A program made the position numbers and the translations under genes. Shown here in pieces: positions 24,060 through 36,808 of a stretch of 64,000 bases of DNA (within the stretch, counting starts at the first letter, position 1; each line of letters opens with the position of its first letter). The DNA comes from Macrostomum lignano (lineage: Eukaryota): contig NIVC01000327.1 in assembly GCA_002269645.1 (NCBI GenBank), positions 1-64,000 of the forward strand. Direction: 5' to 3'. A model generated the notes under the pieces. It saw only the letters and a list, made by a program, of their open reading frames with translations. It was not told where the DNA came from and did no database searches.

Positions 24060-25635
24060 GCCCCTTGTTGCTAAAGCCCCTTGGTGCTAAAGCCCCTTGG
24101 TGCTAAAGCCCCTTGGTGCTAAAGCCCCTTGTTGCTAAAGCCCCTTGGTGCTAAAGCCCCTTGTTGCTAAAGCCCCTTGGTGCTAAAGCCCCTTGTTGCT
24201 AAAGCCCCTTGGTGCTAAAGCCCCTTGTTGCTAAAGCCCCTTGGTGCTAAAGCCCCTTGGTGCTAAAGCCCCTTGTTGCTAAAGCCCCTTGGTGCTAAAG
24301 CCCCTTGGTGCTAAAGCCCCTTGGTGCTAAAGCCCCTTGGTGCTAAAGCCCCTTGGTGCTAAGGCCCTTGTTGCTAAAGCCCCTTGGTGCTAAAGTCCCT
24401 TGTTGCTAAAGCCCCTTGGTGCTAAAGCCCCTTGGTGCTAAGGCCCTTGTTGCTAAAGCCCCTTGTTGCTAAAGTCCCTTGTTGCTAAAGCCCCTTGGTG
24501 CTAAGGCCCTTGTTGCTAAAGCCCCTTGGTGCTAAAGCCCCTTGGTGCTAAAGCCCCTTGTTGCTAAAGCCCCTTGGTGCTAAAGCCCCTTGTTGCTAAA
24601 GCCCCTTGGTGCTAAAGCCCCTTGGTGCTAAAGCCCCTTGGTGCTAAAGCCCCTTGTTGCTAAAGCCCCTTGGTGCTAAAGCCCCTTGGTGCTAAAGCCC
24701 CTTGTTGCTAAAGCCCCTTGGTGCTAAAGCCCCTTGTTGCTAAAGCCCCTTGGTGCTAAAGCCCCTTGTTGCTAAAGCCCCTTGGTGCTAAAGCCCCTTG
24801 GTGCTAAAGCCCCTTGGTGCTAAAGCCCCTTGTTGCTAAAGCCCCTTGGTGCTAAAGCCCCTTGGTGCTAAAGCCCCTTGTTGCTAAAGCACCTTGGTGC
24901 TAAAGCCCCTTGGTGCTAAAGCCCCTTGTTGCTAAAGCCCCTTGGTGCTAAAGCACCTTGGTGCTAAAGCCCCTTGGTGCTAAAGCCCCTTGGTGCTAAA
25001 GCCCCTTGTTGCTAAAGCCCCTTGGTGCTAAAGCCCCTTGTTGCTAAAGCCCCTTGGTGCTAAAGCCCCTTGGTGCTAAAGCCCCTTGGTGCTAAAGCCC
25101 CTTGTTGCTAAAGCCCCTTGGTGCTAAAGCCCCTTGTTGCTAAAGCACCTTGGTGCTAAAGCCCCTTGGTGCTAAAGCCCCTTGTTGCTAAAGCCCCTTG
25201 GTGCTAAAGCACCTTGGTGCTAAAGCCCCTTGGTGCTAAAGCCCCTTGGTGCTAAAGCCCCTTGGTGCTAAAGCCCCTTGGTGCTAAGGCCCTTGTTGCT
25301 AAAGCCCCTTGGTGCTAAAGTCCCTTGTTGCTAAAGCCCCTTGGTGCTAGAGCCCCTTGTTGCTAAAGCCCCTTGGTGCTAAAGCACCTTGGTGCTAAAG
25401 CCCCTTGGTGCTAAAGCCCCTTGTTGCTAAAGCCCCTTGGTACTAGAGCCCCTTGGTGCTAAAGCCCCTTGGTGCTAGAGCCCCTTGTTGCTAAAGCCCC
25501 TTGTTGCTAAAGCCCCTTGGTGCTAAAGCACCTTGGTGCTAGAGCCCCTTGTTGCTAAAGCCCCTTGTTGCTAAAGCCCCTTGGTGCTAAAGCACCTTGG
25601 TGCTAAAGCCCCTTGGTGCTAAAGCCCCTTGGTGT
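24060..25635 (+). repeat. Intergenic minisatellite, 16-bp unit CTAAAGCCCCTTG(G/T)TG, ~1.6 kb
   Basis: Highly homogeneous tandem array. Confidence 0.95.
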
Positions 25636-27780
25636 TGGCGCCCCTCTAAAATAGATATCCTGCATGGCTTACTCCCTAACTACAACAGCTTCCCTGCAAA
25701 TATCTTAATTCTCGTTCAAGCTCTTGTCAAGACCGAAAACAGAAATAAGACGCGGAGAAAGAAATATTAAAAGAAGAAGAAATAAATTAGCCCAGCAGAA
25801 AATTGCAGTCGAAGAGTGTACCGTATAAAATTTGCAGCTATAGTTTCATCGTGGCTTGGCGATGTTCTACCTGAGTATCTAGCCAGGCAGCCTCTTAATA
25901 AATGAAATGAGAGAGAGAGAGAGGTGAAGCGAGAGAAGAGGAGAGAAGCAATGCTTGCTGAGGCTGTGTGCCCCCCCCCCAGCCACCATCACGCAATGCT
26001 TGAAGGGCTTCTGAGCATGAACACGCGGCAATAAAAAGCATCAACTCCGGTTCGCGTGTGTATAGGCTTTACTCGGGGTCTCTGGTCTCTCTCTCTCTCT
26101 CTCTCTCGCTTACCGAACCGAGTCCAGTTTTGCATCGCAATGGACAGACAGGCCGAAGCACGAATCGCCTGTGCGCTTGAAGAATAATAATATAGGAGCT
26201 TTAAACTTATTGTTATATATTATATGCGGAATAGCTATATAGTTATAACATACGAGCTATACTTGCGTTTCTGAAGCCCGAAAATCTAATGAGCTCTAAC
26301 TGGTCCATGTGGTCCTGCCTTGGCTTAGGCCCTTACATTAGTCTCTAGGTCTAGGAGCATTAAATATCAATAATGGCGTATGGGTCTGCATATATAGTTA
26401 GATGAGAATGCATGCACGATGTTAGTCACCAATTCACCAATACATAAACAATTATCCATTTTTTTGCCTCAAATTGGCCAGAGATAGGAGAGGCGAGGTG
26501 AAGCGAAAAGAAAGGAGAGGAGAGGTGAAGTTTTAAAGGACCCTTCTTGACCATATAGACAACATAGTACTGCTTCAACAAAGCTTCTGCTAAAGTTTGT
26601 AGAACAATGAAATTATAAATACGAGCGTAGTTTATTGATGAGAATAGTCACGACCTTATTTAATATCTAGTTAAACAATTACAAAATCCGGGCACTCAAA
26701 AAACGTTATAAATAGAGAGTAGAAAAGGTAGAAAACACGAAAAAAATCATATTCAACAGCGATGCAATGTATAGTTTAAAATTTAATGAATACGCTAAAA
26801 AAGCAAGCTATATGGCTTTCAACACTCAAAAATCGATACATATATAAACATGTGAATAAGTAGCGATGAAATTTGTCATGTAATTTTTATGAACATTTGA
26901 ATGCGACATGGACGGAGCGATGAGAGTTCAGTTCAGGCATACAAAAGTCGATGTTAAACAAAAGCTGTGAAATAAAAAATTAACGCAAAGATTGGCTGAT
27001 TCCGAAGGTCAGTTGGCCGTGGTGAAAAAAAAGCGCTGGAAAAAACACGAACGCAAAAAAACAAACTAAAATTGTACTTTAGAGTACGCAAGAATTATAA
27101 ACACAAAATACACGACTAAAGGCACACAATGCAATGTAAGAATGGAAGGGTTCATTCAGCTATTTGTTTAATTGTGTTGTGTAAATTTATATACATACTC
27201 GTAGAAATGAAGACAATGAGATCGTGTGCACTAATTTATCAGGTATTCAGAGCTGTAGAACAATAGAACAATAGAAGAAAATCGAGCAGTTAAAACACTC
27301 TCAAGCAAAATGTTTTTAGTGAAGTTTATTACGGGTAGATCGACCTTTTGAACACTACCGTAAAAATAGTGGATAATTTAGCAAAACACCATTTAGGCAC
27401 TTAATTTAGTAAAGTTAATCATAATTTAGTTTCTCCCTAAACAGTTAACTTTGTAAAGTTTTGTATAGCTAGCAAATAATATGATTCATTTAGTTTACAG
27501 AGTTTACAAAAAATCAGGCCGTGTTTTGGTTTATGGAATAAAATAGGAATGAAACTAAATATTCTTTGTTCAAATTCGCTTGTCAACCAGTAGCTAGCAG
27601 ACAAAAAAGAGAAAACTTCAATTTAGCTTCAATGTCCATGAGTTTGATTGGAATTCCACACAAAGCCCGTAAAGTAACTCTTCTCAAACCAGCAGGGAAT
27701 ATTTAGACTGTAGATTGCTTACACAAATAACCGACAGATATATCAATTTAGGCTGTATCGATCGCCTAATATTTACCGAA

Positions 27781-28744
27781 TCACAATTGCGACAGCATCA
27801 GAGCACCGTCGTTTGGAGCTGAATGCGAATAAAATGCCGAGTCTGGCAATGCCAGTTGTGGCTGCTGCTGTTGGTGGTAGATGAAACTGCTAGTAGGGTC
27901 AAGCTGGTAGTTCGGACCATAGAATGATTGATGCTGGAGATGCTGCTGTTGCAGCTGTCCTTCAGACTGCGCAGCGGAAGTTACTTGTTCCAGCTGGTTC
28001 GGCACAACATATTGCTGTTGTTGTTGCTGCTGCTGCTGCAGCAGATAGTTTAACTGATTTTGATCAACATAGATCACTTGGCTGTAGCTTGGCACTTGAC
28101 AGACATATTGCTGCTGTTGTTGCTGCGGTTGCGGCTGCAGAGGCGGCAGCAGAATCTCTGACTGATCAGCTGGTGGTTGATCGTAAGCGTGAATAGTTGG
28201 TGTCAGTACCTGCTGCACCTCAGCAGTTGATTGGTCTAATTTTTTACAGTTGATTTCCGAATCCTGTAGCTTTGGGTGCTTTGCTAATTGTTGCAGATTC
28301 TGGTGATCGCCGCAGTCTTCGCCGCTGCTGTCGCTCTGCTGTTGTGTGCTGGCTGGTCGCTTCTTGCATTTCGGCTGGTATTTGTAGTCCGGATGGGCTG
28401 CTCGGTGCTCAGATTTCAACCTGCTGGCCTCGTCTCTGCATTTTGTTGGCGTTTTTTTATGTATAGTTTAAATAGCAAAGCTCGGCAAGAAAGAATTTAA
28501 TGTCATCCTACCTGAAAGGCTGTTTCTCCTTGTCTGGCAGGGTGCGCCACTCCTCGCCAAGACGCCGGCTGATGTCGGAATTGTGCAGCTTCGGGTTCTC
28601 GGCGGCAATTACTTTTCGACGCGTCTGCGCCCAGACCATGAATGGGTTCATTGGTCGTTTAATGTGCTGTTGTTGCTGCTGCTGCTGCTGTTGTTCGCAG
28701 CAGGATCCATCTGCGCTGGTCGGTTGGTCTGAGTCGGTGGTCAT
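27781..28744 (-). CDS. Sox: Sox-family HMG-box transcription factor (divergent), 2 coding exons, ~295 aa, Gln-rich
   Basis: Exons 28744-28512 and 28435-27781 (76-nt GT-AG intron) give [74 protein letters not shown]. Confidence 0.9.
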
Positions 28745-30177
28745 TGTCACAGGTTGCTAATGGAAGTAATAATAGCTGAAGACAAAGACCAAGAATAAGA
28801 CGTTAGTAAGACATTTTCTAAGTAAGCTTAATAAAACACAAGTACAGTCGTTTCATGCATAAAAATACAGTACTGTTTCAAATTAAAAACATGTTTTCCT
28901 ATACAACTATATTTTCAAAGCATTTCAGTGTTCATATACAGTAATACAGGGCATAGTTTGTACGAGTGATTTCTATAACCAAATAAAAAATACCTCGGCT
29001 TCGTTAAGTTCATTGTTACTAGAAAAAGATTTGAGATAAGATTTTTATCAATTTATTTATACAGCTACAGAGCGAACAGCAAAGCAAATAAATATATTAA
29101 GTTCTACGAACTACGTACAGTACAGTGAGAGCAAAAAAACATAAAACATATAGAAAATTTATCTGCCATGGTCTAACGTATTAGGGACATGTAAAAATTA
29201 CAGCTCAGGTATTGTATCGAAATCTAAAATGCTACTGAAAAAATTCTTCCTTGTTGGCTTAGGCTTACCTGAAGAAGCAAGACGCCTAGCTAACTATCAC
29301 TTAGACAGTGACGATAAAATATTTTCTATTTGCAAGTTAAAGGATGATACAGACGCCACAACGAATTTTTATTATTAAAAAAGATAAATAAAACAGCAAA
29401 ATTGCTTTTAAATCGAAAAATTAGATTTAAAATTTTATAAAAACATACCTTACGCTAGAAAAATATTTAACTTGTTTTAACTAATTAAGCCCGGAAACAA
29501 AAACGGAATAATTGTTTGTCTTACAAATTCAGTTAATTGCACATAAGATTCCTTATTCCGCTCAGCAGACTAAATAAGCAGACAGAGCTTAAAATTTTAA
29601 ATAAAACTCTAAACTTACTTCGGAAGAACGCAGCTTTTTTTAGGAAGAAGAACTTCCTAACTTCTTTACATCAGATTTTAGAAAATGTAAACGTTTTTAG
29701 AAAGATATAATTATAGGCAATCTTTGTTTGCTAACTTTTACTTTTACAAATTTAATTTTAAAGAATAACTTTTTTAGCATGAAGTATCAGATTTCGTAAA
29801 ACAAGTTTGTAATAAGTAGTTTTATTGCATCTTTTCTTTGAAACATTAAAGTACGAAATTAAAAGTTGAATGTTAATTCAATGCATTCAAATTGTTTCGT
29901 GCTGTGGCGTATGTCTTGCTTTTCGTTTAGTTAGGTCTTTAACAAACTTAACTGCCAAGACACAATAATAAAATATTAGTGCTGTAAGGCTGGTGTTTAG
30001 GGCTGTATTAGGCGTAACTTTTAAAAACCGTTTATTATTTCCTCAGCTTGTGATTTCAGCTTTTGGTTTCCTGTGGCTGTAGCTGTATTTTATTTTAATC
30101 CATTCGAAAGTATTTAGCACTAGGATCCTTAAACATCTAGTTTGGCGTCTTTTTTATTTTAATGACCTTGCTCTGAC

Positions 30178-33100
30178 ATGGGGTGCAATTTCAGCACTGT
30201 TGATAAGGCAGCAGTGGAAAGAAGCAAAGCAATTGATAGAGAAATCAAAGCAGAGGAAGAAAACTCTGCTAAGGAAGTTAAGCTTCTTCTTCTCGGTATG
30301 TCTATTTTTTATTTTAGAACTTTTTACAATAGTCATTTCAGTAGTTTCACGTAATTTTTTTAATTCATTTACTTGATTTACAAAGCAATTGTTACTTTTA
30401 AAATGAAATACAACATATAGACACTATGATGAAAGGCAATGGCTAGAGTTCTGGCACCGGAACCCATTTTCTAATGGCTACGGATCCGGCAGTGCCATTA
30501 TAATATAGATGGAACATTATATTTTTCTTTCTACAGGTGGCTGATATTGAGATTGTTCTAGATTAAAATTTAAGATGATATGATAAGATTTGGGACGAGA
30601 TGCTTCTAATATTTAGACTTCTTAAGATATGTTCTTAGCAGTCTTTATATGCTTTTATATGGCACTGCTGGATCCCTAGCTGTTAGAAAGTGGGTTCTGG
30701 TGCCGGAACTCTAGCCATTACCATGATGAAATCTTTGCATAGCCATTCTAGAACTAACAGTTGCGCATAATTTTTTGCAAAGTTTTTACCTTAGAATGTT
30801 TAAAGTTTTAAGCACTTAAATGTCATGGCTAACTTGTTATAGGCTTTTCTATATCAATTTTCTATATACTTAGATTAGAAGCAGTTTTGCAATTAGGCAA
30901 TGTCTTAGTTTTCTTGTATTAAACTATTTTAACTTCAATTTGTAAACAAATGAATCAAAACAAGTTTACTGAATCATTTAAGACATGCAAATCTTTTAAT
31001 AAACTATTTATGTAATATCATATAATAGGCCTATAGTAATAAGGCCATAGGCCTAGTTTGGAAGGGTACTGACCAATTGGCAACAAACAAATTAGGCAAC
31101 AGCAATTCACAATGGACCAATTTGGTAAAAGCAAATTTGGCTACAGTCTAGGCAAATTTGGTGACAATTAATAGTGGAAAAAATTGTGTATAATTTGGAT
31201 AATTCTTTTAGTATAATGTCAATATTCTTCAATGCATATTAGCTTTCCCTTTTAATTGAGTTTGTTTTATCTATCATTTATCATTATAAGCTTTAAAAGA
31301 ATTAAATTATAAGGGCAATAGTTCATGTTCTCCAATTGAAAAGAGATAGCCTAGATGCGAACAGACTGGACTGCTAATGTAGCGACCTAGGTTTGAATCT
31401 TAGTAATGCAAAATAATTTTTTTATCAAAAAACCCTAAAACACAAAATGCTAAACATAAAGGAAGCGCAATGTCAAACATTAAAGAGCCAACCATCTAAA
31501 ACATTAAAGAACCACTGTGTCAAACATATACATGACTCAATGTCAAACATATGCGTGACTCCATGTCAGACTTTAAAGAGCCACCATGTCAAACATTAAA
31601 GAGCCACCATGTCAAACATTAAAGAGCCACCATGTCAAACAATAAAGAGCCACTATGTCAAACATAAAAGAGCCACCATGTAAAACATATACATGACTCC
31701 ATGTCAAACATATACATGACTCCATGTCAAACATTAAAGAGCCACCATGTCAAGCATTAAAGAGCCACCATGTCAAACATTAAAGAACCACCATGTCAAA
31801 CATAAAAGAGCCACCATGTCAAACATATACGTGAATCCATGTAAAACATATACATAGCTCCATGTCAAACATCAAAAAGTCAACACGTCAAGCATAATAG
31901 AGCCACCATGTCAAACATTAAAGAGCCACCATGTCAAACATTAAATAAACGCGATGTTGAACATTAAAGAGCCACAATGTTGAACAATAAAGAGCCAGGC
32001 CATGTTAAACATAAAAAAGACCACCATGTTAAATATTAAGGAGCCACCATGCCAAACATAAAAGAGCCACCATGCCAAACATAAAAGAGCCACCATGTCA
32101 AACATTAAAGAGCCACCATGTCGAACATTAAAGAGCCACCATGTCAAACATATACATGACTCCATGTCAGACATTAAAGAGCCACCATGTTGCACATTAA
32201 AGAGCCACCATGTTGAACATTAAGAGCCACTATGTCAAACATTAAAGAATCACAATGTAAAACATTAATGAGCCGGCACGTCGAACATAAAAGAGCCACC
32301 ATTTCAAACATTCAAGAGCCACCATGTCAAACATTCAAGAGCCACCATGTCGAACATTAAAGAGCCACCATGCCAAACATAAAAGAGCCACCATGTCAAA
32401 CATAAAAGAGCCACCATGCCAAAAATAAAATAGCCACCATGTCGAACATTAAAGAGTCACCATATCGAACATTAAAGAGCCACCAAGTCAAACATAAAAG
32501 AGCCACCATGTCAAACATTGAAGAGCCACCATGCCAAACATAAAAGAGCCACCATGTCGATCATAAAAGAGCCACCATGTTAAACAATAAAAAGCCACCA
32601 TGTAAAACATTAAAGAGCCACCTTGTCAAACAATAAAGAGCCACCATGTCAAACATAAAAGAGCCACCATGTCGAACAGTAAAGAGCCTACATATCAAAC
32701 ATAAAAGAGCCACCATGTCAAACATATACGTGACTGACTCCATGTCAAACATTAAAGCGCCACCATGTCAAACATATAGGTGATACCATGTCAAACATAA
32801 AAGAGACACCATGTCAAACAAAGAAGAGCCACCATGTCAAACATTAAAGAGACACCATTTCAAACATAAAAGAGACACCATTTCAAACATAAAAAGAAGT
32901 GTCATGCCAAACGAAATAGAGCCACTATAAAGCTAAGAAAATTGTTGCACTAGCTACTTGTTCTCTAGTGGATGCTTGCTTTTTAAGGATGGATACTTGC
33001 TATCAGGAGGATGCTTGCTATCAGGGGGATGCTTGCTATCTGAGGGATGCTTGCTATTGGGGGGATGCTTGCTATCGGAAGGATGCTTGCTACTGGGGTA

Positions 33101-36100
33101 ACTTGCTATTGGGAGATGCTTGCTCTTTGGGGTGTGGAGGGTACTTGCTATCTGAGAGGGGGTTGCTAGATATCTATAAGGTCTCTTTGTATCCAGGTTA
33201 TGCTTGCTATCTGGGGTTGCTTGTGGTCTGGGGGATGCTTGCGATCTGGGGGATGCTTGCTATCTGGGGGATTCTTGCTATCTGGGGAATGCTTGCTATT
33301 GGGAGATGCTTGCCCTTGGAAGGTGGAGGGTACCTGAGAGGGGGTTGCTAGCTATCTATCAGATTCAGAACCATTTGTATCCAGGTTATGCTTGCTATCA
33401 GGGGTTGCTGGCGGTCTAGGGGATGCTTGCTATCTGGGCATCAATGCTTGAATGCTCTGAGGTTGCTTGCTGTCTTGGGATGTTTTATTTTTAGAGGGAA
33501 TGTCTGTTGTTTTTTATGAAGGCTTTATTTTGCGGTCTATTTGTTATTTGTAAAGAACAAGGATTCTATCCAGATGTCCCCCATCGGGGGGCAAAGATTG
33601 CTAGTTTTTACTATATTTAAGCTAATACTATTGGATTTTTTTGTTTAAAAAAAAGAAATGTATATTTTAGAATTTTCAAGCTTCACAAAGTATACTTACC
33701 TTCTTTGACATAAATTATACATACATTTTGTTTAACTATGATGCTGGGTAATACTAAAGTAGCAAATAGCTAGACATAATACTTGATGTGAGTCCTGAGA
33801 TACAATGTCAATTATAATGTTCCATGATATGAAATTTCTTTAAAGTTTTTTTACTACATAGCTACTTACTTATTCTTGCAACTTATATAAAAACAATTTA
33901 AAAAAATTTCCTCTATTATTAATTTTTATAATGAGCTATACAATTTATATAGTTTGACTTCTTACATTGTAGGCGCTGGCGAGTCAGGTAAAAGCACTTT
34001 GGTCAAACAAATGAAGTAAGTGTATATTGCATTGCATTTATTGCTTGGGATATTTTTATATACCAGTTGTGTAGCCGAAAATTTTCAATTAGAAAAAATG
34101 ATTTGTAATAAAAGTTATTATTGTTATAATACTTCATCCAATTCAGAATAATCCACGAGAATGGCTACACAAACGAGGAAAGGTTTCAATACCGATCTGT
34201 TGTGTTCAGTAACACTGTCCAATCACTGCTAGCCATTGTTCGCGCTATGGGCCATCTTGGCATCGAGTTTGGCTCGGCCGCCTCTCTTGATGATGCCAGG
34301 CAGCTATTCGCTCTGAGTGGAGCTGCCGATAACGACCAGCTGCCAGTGCCGCTGTCCCAGGCTATGCGGCGTCTATGGGCTGATCCTGGGGTGCAGGTCA
34401 GTGTCTTCCCCGATCCTTGCGTTGGGTCTGCAGTCTCCAGCCGAACCCTCCCAGATCCTCAGACTGAACCTTCAGCCACACCCTCCCAGATCCTCAGGCT
34501 GAACCTTCAGCCGCACCCTCCCAGATCCTCAGGCTGAACCTTCAGCCGCACCCTCCCAGATCCTCAGGCTGAACCTTCAGCCGCACCCTCCCAGATCCTC
34601 AGGCTGAACCTTCAGCCACACCCTCCCAGATCCTCAGGCTGAGCCTTCAGCCTTCAGCAACACCCTCCCAGATCCTCAGGCTGAACCTTCAGCAACACCC
34701 TCCCAGATCCTCAGGCTGAACTATCAGCCACACCCTCCCAGATCCTCAGGCTGAACTATCAGCCACACCCTCCCAGATCCTCAGGCTGAGCCTTCAGCCG
34801 CACCCTCCCAGATCCTCAGGCTGAACCTTCAGCCTTCAGCCACACCCTCCCAGATCCTCAGGCTGAGCCTTCAGCAACACCCTCCCAGATCCTCAGGCTG
34901 AGCCTTCAGCAACACCCTCCCAGATCCTCAGGCTGAGCCTTCAGCAACACCCTCCCAGATCCTCAGGCTGAGCCTTCAGCAACACCCTCCCAGATCCTCA
35001 GGCTGAGCCTTCAGCAACACCCTCCCAGATCCTCAGGCTGAGCCTTCAGACACACCCTCCCAGACCCTCAGACTGAACCTTCAGCCACACCCTCCCAGAT
35101 CCTCCGACTGAACCTTCAGCCACACCCTCCCAGATCCTCCGACTGAACCTTCAGCCACACCCTCCCAGATCCTCAGGCTGAACCTTCAGCCACACCCTCC
35201 CAGACCCTCAGACTGAACCTTCAGCCGCATCGCCAGCTACTGAACTTTGAATCTTTGAGCCTAAAGTTAACCGCTCGCCACCATGAATGACCGCAGGAGT
35301 GCTTCCGCCGCAGCCGCGAGTACCAGCTCAACGACAGCGCCGAATACTACCTCAATAGTTTAGATCGTCTAAGCCAGCCCGACTATGTTCCAAGCGAACA
35401 GGATGTACTTCGAACTCGAGTGAAAACTACGGGCATTATTGAGACGCAGTTTCACTACAAAGGCCTGCACTTTCGCATGTTCGATGTTGGAGGCCAGAGA
35501 TCCGAGCGTAAGAAATGGATCCACTGTTTTGAAGGAGTCACAGCCGTTATCTTCACCGTAGCCCTGTCGGAGTACGATCTCACCCTGTTTGAGGACCAGG
35601 AGCTCAACAGGATGACAGAGTCGCTGAAATTGTTCGACAGCATCTGCAACAATCAGTGGTTTGTTAACACCGCTATTATCTTGTTTTTAAACAAGATGGA
35701 TTTGTTCCAACAGAAGATTCAGTACTCGCCTCTAAGGCTCTGCTTTCCGGAGTACACAGGTTAGACTTTTGATTTTACGTTTTTTTCCTGAAGCTTTAGC
35801 CTTGTGTTATTAGAGGTTTGTGTCCTGAGTTGACCCCTGTAAAGATTCATTTAAGGCCTTGCGTATTCCGAAGCAACATTGTTATTTACTAAAAGATGTA
35901 TTGTCCTTAAATGACCCCTTGTATTCTCCCTTTGCAGACTAATTAGTAAAAGTTATCATGTCCTTTAATGAGCTTTGTAGGCTATTTTATAGGCTATGTT
36001 GTCAGTAGATGACTTCTATTAACTCTGATTAAAAGCTTTTGTGTCCTTAAAATGACATCCTGCAGACTTTATAACTCACGTGTCCCCGTGTCCTGAGATG

Positions 36101-36808
36101 ACCCCTGGAACACTTGCAGAAGGTTCCCCTTGACCCGAAATGACCCCCTATAAGACTTGTAGAAGTTTCCCGTGTCCCGAGATAACCCCTGTAGACTTAC
36201 AGAAGGTTTGGTGTCCCGAGATGACCCCTGTAGACTTACAGAAGGTTCCAAGTGTCCCAAGATGACCCCAGTAGACTTGCAGAAGGTTCCAAGTGTCCCG
36301 AGATGACCCCAGTAGACTTGCAGAAGGTTCCAAGTGTCCCGAGATGACCCCAGTAGACTTACAGAAGGTTCCAAGTGTCCCAAGATGACCCCAGTAGACT
36401 TGCAGAAGGTTCCAAGTGTCCCGAGATGACCCCAGTAGACTTGCAGAAGGTTCCAAGTGTCCCGAGATGACCCCAGTAGACTTGCAGAAGGTTCCAAGTG
36501 TCTCAAGATGACCCCAGTAGACTTGCAGAAGGTTCCAAGTGTCCCGAGATGACCCGCTCAGCAGCTACAGTCTCGCAGACTTAGTCCCACAACCGCCCCT
36601 GTCCGCACCAACCGAAGGTCCCAACGACTACCGTGCCGCCGGCGAGTACATCCAGCACCGATTTGAAAGCCTCAACAAGCGTCGAGATAAACGCGACGTT
36701 TATACCCACTTCACCTGCGCTACCGACACTAGCAATGTGCAATTTGTGTTCGACGCCGTTACTGACGTCATTATCAGAAACAACCTTAGAGACTGCGGCC
36801 TCGCCTGA
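30178..36808 (+). CDS. GNAI: Heterotrimeric G-protein alpha subunit, Gi/o family, 354 aa
   Basis: Exons 30178-30295, 33973-34015, 34147-34396, 35297-35759, 36618-36808 sum to 1065 nt. Motifs [51 protein letters not shown] and C-terminal LRDCGLA. Confidence 0.95.
30435..30722. mobile_element. Mutator-type MITE: ~64-bp TIRs, 9-bp TSD ATGATGAAA
   Basis: TIRs at 30435-30498 and 30659-30722 (GGCAATGGCTAGAGTT... / ...AACTCTAGCCATTACC); identical ATGATGAAA at 30426-30434 and 30723-30731; GG...CC termini. Confidence 0.85.
31345..31405 (+). other. Very degenerate tRNA/SINE-head-like sequence
   Basis: TAGCCTAGATG ... GCGACCTAGGTTTGAATC resembles A and B boxes. Confidence 0.2.
31500..32900 (+). repeat. 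Intronic minisatellite, 23-bp unit ATGTCAAACATTAAAGAGCCACC
   Basis: Tandem copies in G-alpha intron 1. Confidence 0.92.
32970..33445 (+). repeat. Intronic degenerate minisatellite, ~18-bp unit GGGGGATGCTTGCTATCT
   Basis: Tandem copies in G-alpha intron 1. Confidence 0.8.
34440..35228 (+). repeat. Intronic minisatellite, 35-bp unit (same family as 17645-18958)
   Basis: GAACCTTCAGCCGCACCCTCCCAGATCCTCAGGCT copies in G-alpha intron 3. Confidence 0.92.
36060..36556 (+). repeat. Intronic minisatellite, 41-bp unit GAAGGTTCCAAGTGTCCCGAGATGACCCCAGTAGACTTGCA
   Basis: Tandem copies in G-alpha intron 4. Confidence 0.9.
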
